The notes beneath the pieces were generated by a model. The model saw nothing but the letters and a program-made list of their open reading frames with translations. It searched no databases and was not told where the DNA came from. Below are positions 58,013-64,000 of a stretch of 64,000 nucleotides of DNA, in pieces. This DNA is from an uncultured Alistipes sp. (GTDB taxonomy: Bacteria > Bacteroidota > Bacteroidia > Bacteroidales > Rikenellaceae): positions 8,674-72,673 of the forward strand of contig CALUMM010000002.1 in the NCBI GenBank assembly GCA_944321755.1, written 5' to 3'. Within the stretch, counting starts at the first letter, position 1. Every line of letters starts with the position of its first letter. Position numbers and translations under genes: made by a program.

Positions 58013-58288
58013 TTATTTTACAATAATCAGATGCAATTCGGAGTCCTCCGGGCTCTGATCCGGATTTGCCGGTTCGGGCTGCTCCTCCGGAGCCGGTTTC
58101 TCCTCCGGAGCGGGCTGTTCGTCCGGAATCGGCGGCTCGTCCGGAGCAGGCTGCTCATCGGGAACCGGGCACTTTTCGGGAACCGGACTCTCTTTCTGGG
58201 GAGGTTCCTGCTTCTCGGGCTCCTGCGCTACGGCCCAACCTCCACATACCAGCATCATCGCTGCCAACATCACCATTGCCTTTTTCAT
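58013..58288 (-). CDS. Small secreted Pro/Glu-rich repeat protein
   Basis: MKKAMVMLAAMMLVCGGWAVA signal peptide; hexapeptide repeats PDEQPA/PDEPPI/PEEKPA/PEEQPE. Confidence 0.7.
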   Translation of the reverse strand: MKKAMVMLAAMMLVCGGWAVAQEPEKQEPPQKESPVPEKCPVPDEQPAPDEPPIPDEQPAPEEKPAPEEQPEPANPDQSPEDSELHLIIVK

Positions 58289-58359
58289 AGCTTCCTTGTT
58301 TAACATTAAACTTCACTTTCACAGGAACGAGGTATCATCCGCGTTCTGCTTCTTAGCAG

Positions 58360-58376
58360 TTCAAGCACGATGCCAA
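58360..58376 (-). promoter_or_regulatory. Putative sigma54 (-24/-12) promoter
   Basis: The - strand reads TTGGCATCGTGCTTGAA (GG-N10-GA, with A in place of the consensus C); lies just downstream of a sigma54 activator gene. Confidence 0.55.
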
Positions 58377-58529
58377 ACCGGGAAACCAAACATTTATACA
58401 CTGAATATCAGTGCAATAAATAAAAAAGCGTAAAAGCAGGATTCGGAAAACAGCGTGTGGAAAAGAGACCCGGAATGTAGAATAACTCCACACTCCGGGC
58501 CCGAATGCCCCCTCTTTGGGTGCGAACGG

Positions 58530-59879
<1,350 letters not shown>

Positions 59880-59883
59880 AACA

Positions 59884-62394
59884 CTACAAAGTTAGCTTTT
59901 TTTCCGCTTCCGCAACGATCGCACGGATTTTCCCGATCACCGTCCGCAAGGCCGCGGTCTGCACTCCGACGGCCGCTTCATCGCGGTTTTCGGCCCGCCG
60001 CAGGACCTCGGCCACCTCCCGGGCCCCGAGCATCGTGAAGATCGGGACCATCTTGTGGGCCAGGGCTTTCACCGCGGCTTCGTCTTCCGCATCGAGGGCC
60101 TTTTCGAGGTCATTGCAATTGGCTGCGGTCTGTTCGGCAAAGGAGTGCAGGATACTCCGGGCCGCCTCGGCATCGTCACCCGCATAAGCCGTCAGGGCCG
60201 AAAAATCGACCCGGTCCGGCTGCGGAGCATCGGCCGCTCCGGAGCCTCCGGAACAACCGGGCTCTCCGGGCTCTCCGGAATCCGGCTCTTCACCGCAGGC
60301 TGCACGGATCGCCGCAAGCAGTTCGCCCGACGTGAAGGGTTTGCGCAGACATCCTGCAAACCCTTTTTCCCGGAAATCCGCCGCATCGAGCTCCCCGCGG
60401 GCCGAAACGGCCACTACGGGCAGCGCCGGATCGACCTCGTGCACGGTCTTCAGAACAGTGAACCCGTCGGCCGCCGGCATTTGTATATCGGTCAGCACCA
60501 GATCGAAACGCCCCTCACCGACGAGTTTCCCCACATATTCCGGATAGGGGCAGCTCTCGGCGGCGATACCGGCCCGGCGGCACATCGCGGCGGTCATCTC
60601 CAGCTGCAGCGGATCGTCGTCGACCAGCAGGACCCGCCATTCACGCTGCCGGGCCGACTCCGCCGCCGGAGCCTCTGCGGCGGATTCGGGGTCGGAGGCG
60701 CTCCCGGAAAAGGTTCCCACCTCCCCGGTCTCGCGGACCGGAAGCGTCACGATGAAACGGCTGCCCTCCCCGAGACGGCTTTCGAGCGAGATCTTCCCGT
60801 CGAGGAGTTTCACCAGCCGGTCGACGATCGAGAGCCCCAGACCGAAGCCGTCGACCCCGCGGGCCGAACTCAGACGGACAAATTCGGCGAAGATCCGCTC
60901 CCGCTCCTCGCGGCCGATTCCGCGCCCCGTATCGCGCACGGAGAAGATCAGATCGCCCCGCACGACGTCGACCCGGAGTTTCACCCATCCGGAATCGGTG
61001 AATTTCAGCGCATTGGAGAGCAGGTTATCGGCAATCTGCCGGATGTGGAAGGCATCCCCCTCGACGATCCGGGTCGCTCCGCCGCCGGTCTCCAGCCGCA
61101 GGTCGAGCCCCTTGGCCGCCGCCGCTGCGGCGAACCCCGCCCGGATGGTCTCGAAGAGCTGTGCCGGATTGAATGCCACGCGGTTCACCTCGATCTTGTT
61201 GATGTCCAGGCGGTAGAAGTCCAGCAGGCTGTTGACCAGCGCCAGCAGGTGCTCCGAGGAGTCCTTCATGTTGCGCAGGTAGAGCTCCTGCCGCCGGTCG
61301 TCGGTCAGGCGCGAAAGCAGGTCGATATACCCCATCACCGACCCCAGCGGAGCCTTGATGTCGTGCGTAATGGCCAGCATCAGCTGCTCGCGGGCGGCCA
61401 GCAGCGACTCCTTCTCACGGTTGGCGCGTTCCAGTTCGCGGCGGTAGCGGTTCCCGCGGTTGATGTCGCGCCAGAGGATCCCCACGAAGAAGAGCATCAA
61501 CACCACCGATCCGAGGGTCACGCCGCCGAGGATGTGCGACGTGCGGCGGCGAATCGCCTCGTTGCGGTGGATCCGCCGCAGCAGCAACGCCGTATCCTCG
61601 GCCTCGAAGTCGAGAATCAGGCTGTAGATCTTCATGTTCACCAGGTCGTTGCTGTAGCTGAGCCGCAGGCCCTCCTGCCAGACCCGGTCGTAGATCGTCT
61701 GCCGGCTGCTCGCCACACTGTCCTGCAGGGCCCGGAGCACCAGTTCGATGGTATCCTTCACCATTCCGACGGGCAGCATGGGCCCGACCACCTCGCGGCG
61801 CGAAATCACCATGCTGGAATCCTCCTGAGGCGCGAACAGGTCGGCCACACGCTGCAGGAACCGCCGTTTGGCCCGGGGTTCGACGATTGTATCCTGCCGC
61901 ACGATCCGGCGGAACGGAACCGTATCGCCCGCAATGCTCGTCTGGGGACCGATCAGTTCGCGGATGCTCTTGTCGAGGAGTCCGGCCGTCGATCCGGCGC
62001 GGATCGTCTGCCGCAGGCTCATCGTGCGCCGCTCCTTGTCGTTGAGCAGGCGCGTAATGCTGTCCAGGCGCATGGTCTGCAGGGAGTCGTCCCCGACGGT
62101 GAGCGCCCGCAGCGAGTCGATACAACCCCGCACGGTCCGCAACTCGCTCCGATAACGGTTTTCATAGGAGAGGTATCCGGCAATCATCAGCTGTCCGTAG
62201 CTCTCGGCCTGATAGAGATGGTAGAGCGTGCGGTTGACAGCCGTCCGCTTGGTGTGGAGCAGGACGGAGTCGCTGTCGGGCGCCGAGAGGCGCACCAAAG
62301 CCCGGTAGACATAGGCGATGGCCAGGATACTCACGGCAGCAAGCAGCACATATCCCGCCACGATCTTCGTTTTGACAAATTTGGACTCCTTCAC
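59884..62394 (-). CDS. Hybrid sensor histidine kinase (RteA-like) with REC and HPt domains
   Basis: Two TMs, ITHDIKAPL, NLLSNALKFT, DTGRGI, GLGLSIV, LLVDDD REC domain and ALAHKM HPt. Start uncertain (GTG 62394 chosen). Confidence 0.9.
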   Translation of the reverse strand: MKESKFVKTKIVAGYVLLAAVSILAIAYVYRALVRLSAPDSDSVLLHTKRTAVNRTLYHLYQAESYGQLMIAGYLSYENRYRSELRTVRGCIDSLRALTVGDDSLQTMRLDSITRLLNDKERRTMSLRQTIRAGSTAGLLDKSIRELIGPQTSIAGDTVPFRRIVRQDTIVEPRAKRRFLQRVADLFAPQEDSSMVISRREVVGPMLPVGMVKDTIELVLRALQDSVASSRQTIYDRVWQEGLRLSYSNDLVNMKIYSLILDFEAEDTALLLRRIHRNEAIRRRTSHILGGVTLGSVVLMLFFVGILWRDINRGNRYRRELERANREKESLLAAREQLMLAITHDIKAPLGSVMGYIDLLSRLTDDRRQELYLRNMKDSSEHLLALVNSLLDFYRLDINKIEVNRVAFNPAQLFETIRAGFAAAAAAKGLDLRLETGGGATRIVEGDAFHIRQIADNLLSNALKFTDSGWVKLRVDVVRGDLIFSVRDTGRGIGREERERIFAEFVRLSSARGVDGFGLGLSIVDRLVKLLDGKISLESRLGEGSRFIVTLPVRETGEVGTFSGSASDPESAAEAPAAESARQREWRVLLVDDDPLQLEMTAAMCRRAGIAAESCPYPEYVGKLVGEGRFDLVLTDIQMPAADGFTVLKTVHEVDPALPVVAVSARGELDAADFREKGFAGCLRKPFTSGELLAAIRAACGEEPDSGEPGEPGCSGGSGAADAPQPDRVDFSALTAYAGDDAEAARSILHSFAEQTAANCNDLEKALDAEDEAAVKALAHKMVPIFTMLGAREVAEVLRRAENRDEAAVGVQTAALRTVIGKIRAIVAEAEKKLTL

Positions 62395-62678
62395 GGCGTC
62401 AAATATAGTGAAAGGTAAGCGCAGAGGCAAATGAAAGCAGCGTTTTCAGGTTTGACTATGCCGAACCGCATCCCATATTCTACAAATATAGTGAAAGTTA
62501 TGCAGACGGACAACTTCCCCTTCTGCGTCATCCCGGCCGCCCCCGCCGCCCCGGACTCCGGGAATGGAAAAAGGCGAGAAAAGGGCCGCGTTGTTATCGA
62601 AAAACGATAAAAATTTTTTGATATTCAAAAATTGTTTCTATATTTGCGGTCGCAACGATCCGAAAACAAACATTCGAC

Positions 62679-63602
62679 ATGAAGGATTTACTCACGGTGG
62701 AGCACGTCACCAAACAATATGCCGCCCACACGGCGCTCAACGACGTTTCGCTCACCATTCCCGAAGGGTCGGTCTACGGACTGCTCGGGCCCAACGGTGC
62801 CGGGAAAACCACCCTGATCCGCATCATCAACCGCATCACGGCGCCCGACAGCGGCCGCGTGCTCTTCGACGGCCACGAAATCGCCCCCGAGGATGTCTAC
62901 CGCATCGGCTACCTGCCCGAGGAGCGCGGGCTCTACAAGAAGATGAAGGTCGGCGAGCAGGCCCTCTTCTTCGCCCGGCTCAAGGGGCTTTCGCGGCGCG
63001 ACGCCGTCGCCCGACTGAAGGAGTGGTTCGAGAAGTTCGGCATCCAGAGCTGGTGGGACAAGAAGGTCGAAGAGCTCTCGAAGGGCATGGCCCAGAAGGT
63101 GCAGTTCATCGTCACGGTGCTGCACGAACCGCGCCTGCTGATCTTCGACGAACCCTTTTCGGGATTCGATCCCATCAACGCCAACCTCCTGAAGGAGGAG
63201 ATTCTGGCCCTGCGCGACAAGGGTGCCACGGTGATCTTCTCGACGCACAACATGTCGTCGGTGGAGGAGATCTGCGACCACATCACGCTGATCAACAAGT
63301 CGCGGAACATTCTTTCGGGGCGTGTCGACGACATCCGCCGCCGTCACGGCGCCAACATCTTCGAGGTGGCCTACCGCGGCGACGAAGCCGCCCTGCGGCG
63401 TGCCGTTGCGGGTCGCTGCGAGATCCTCGAAGGAGCCGAGGAAGAGTCGGTCTACCGGACCCTGAAGCTCCATGTCGCCAGCGACGACGAGGTCCGGACC
63501 GTCATCGCAGCCGTGAACGAGGCGGTCGAGCTGCGTTCGTTCCGCGAGATCATCCCCTCGATGAACGACATTTTCATAAGGGCCGTAAACGGACAGCTAT
63601 AG
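62679..63602 (+). CDS. ABC transporter ATP-binding protein (YhaQ/NatA-like)
   Basis: GPNGAGKT, LSKGMAQK and DEPFSG motifs; TATATTTG at 62639-62646. Confidence 0.92.
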   Translation: MKDLLTVEHVTKQYAAHTALNDVSLTIPEGSVYGLLGPNGAGKTTLIRIINRITAPDSGRVLFDGHEIAPEDVYRIGYLPEERGLYKKMKVGEQALFFARLKGLSRRDAVARLKEWFEKFGIQSWWDKKVEELSKGMAQKVQFIVTVLHEPRLLIFDEPFSGFDPINANLLKEEILALRDKGATVIFSTHNMSSVEEICDHITLINKSRNILSGRVDDIRRRHGANIFEVAYRGDEAALRRAVAGRCEILEGAEEESVYRTLKLHVASDDEVRTVIAAVNEAVELRSFREIIPSMNDIFIRAVNGQL

Positions 63603-63613
63603 ACCGGAGCACC

Positions 63614-63847
63614 ATGGAAAAGCAGAACGGAGAGACCGGACAACGGAATCCGAAACGCCTTACGAAAACCGCCGCAGGGACGCTCGCCGGCCTGTGTCTG
63701 GGATTCGGCATGTACGGAATGATCCACGGTCTGAGAGCGGAGGAGAGCACATTCCGGCTCATCCTCTCGTCCATCACACTGTGCTGCGGCATCCTGCTGC
63801 TGCTCCGCACCCGGGGAGACCGGAAAACAGAAGAGAAAGAGAATTGA
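63614..63847 (+). CDS. Small two-TM membrane protein (77 aa)
   Basis: MEKQNGE... with two hydrophobic segments, between the ABC ATPase and permease genes. Confidence 0.55.
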   Translation: MEKQNGETGQRNPKRLTKTAAGTLAGLCLGFGMYGMIHGLRAEESTFRLILSSITLCCGILLLLRTRGDRKTEEKEN

Positions 63848-63861
63848 AAAAAACAGACGCC

Positions 63862-64000
63862 ATGTCCAACATACCCATCATTATTCAGCGCGAGTTCAAC
63901 GAGCGCGTGCGCAAAAAATCCTTTATCATCAGCACGATCCTGATGCCCGTCCTGATGATCGCCCTGATGGCCGCCCCGGCCCTCATTATGGAGTATTCGC
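63862..64000 (+). CDS. ABC transporter permease (YhaP/NatB-like), partial
   Basis: MSNIPIIIQREFNERVRKKSFIISTILMP. Confidence 0.85.
   Translation, partial: MSNIPIIIQREFNERVRKKSFIISTILMPVLMIALMAAPALIMEYS

Overview
This is a GC-rich Bacteroidota chromosomal window. Gene content, gene order and TAnnTTTG -7 promoters suggest Alistipes/Rikenellaceae (inference). Most of it is housekeeping: recO (partial, missed by the ORF track), prmA, xerD, rbfA, folK, holB, a flippase, corA, comEC, yihY, kdsC, asnC, kbl, galE, rplY-pth, hslR, a truncated dcw cluster (rsmH-ftsL-ftsI-murE-mraY-murD-ftsW), a GlsA/GlsB-like acyltransferase pair, an RteA/RteB-like sigma54 two-component system and an ABC exporter. Two accessory loci stand out. 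(1) An 8.2-kb, nine-gene operon of apparently intact phage virion genes (14688-22880): two putative tail proteins, a small helical protein, ClpP-type head protease, putative major capsid protein, portal, head-tail adaptor, holin and lysin-like protein. It has no recognisable integrase, terminase, replication or repressor gene, has host-like codon usage, has a host-type promoter, and runs directly into comEC. It is a candidate domesticated phage module (gene-transfer-agent-like or other capsid-based system) and is the top finding. (2) A CAZyme-free ECF/FecR/SusC/SusD locus ending in a thioredoxin and an S46 dipeptidyl peptidase, probably for peptide utilisation. No rRNA, tRNA, CRISPR array or IS was recognised. 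All family assignments come from motif recognition by eye, not from database searches.
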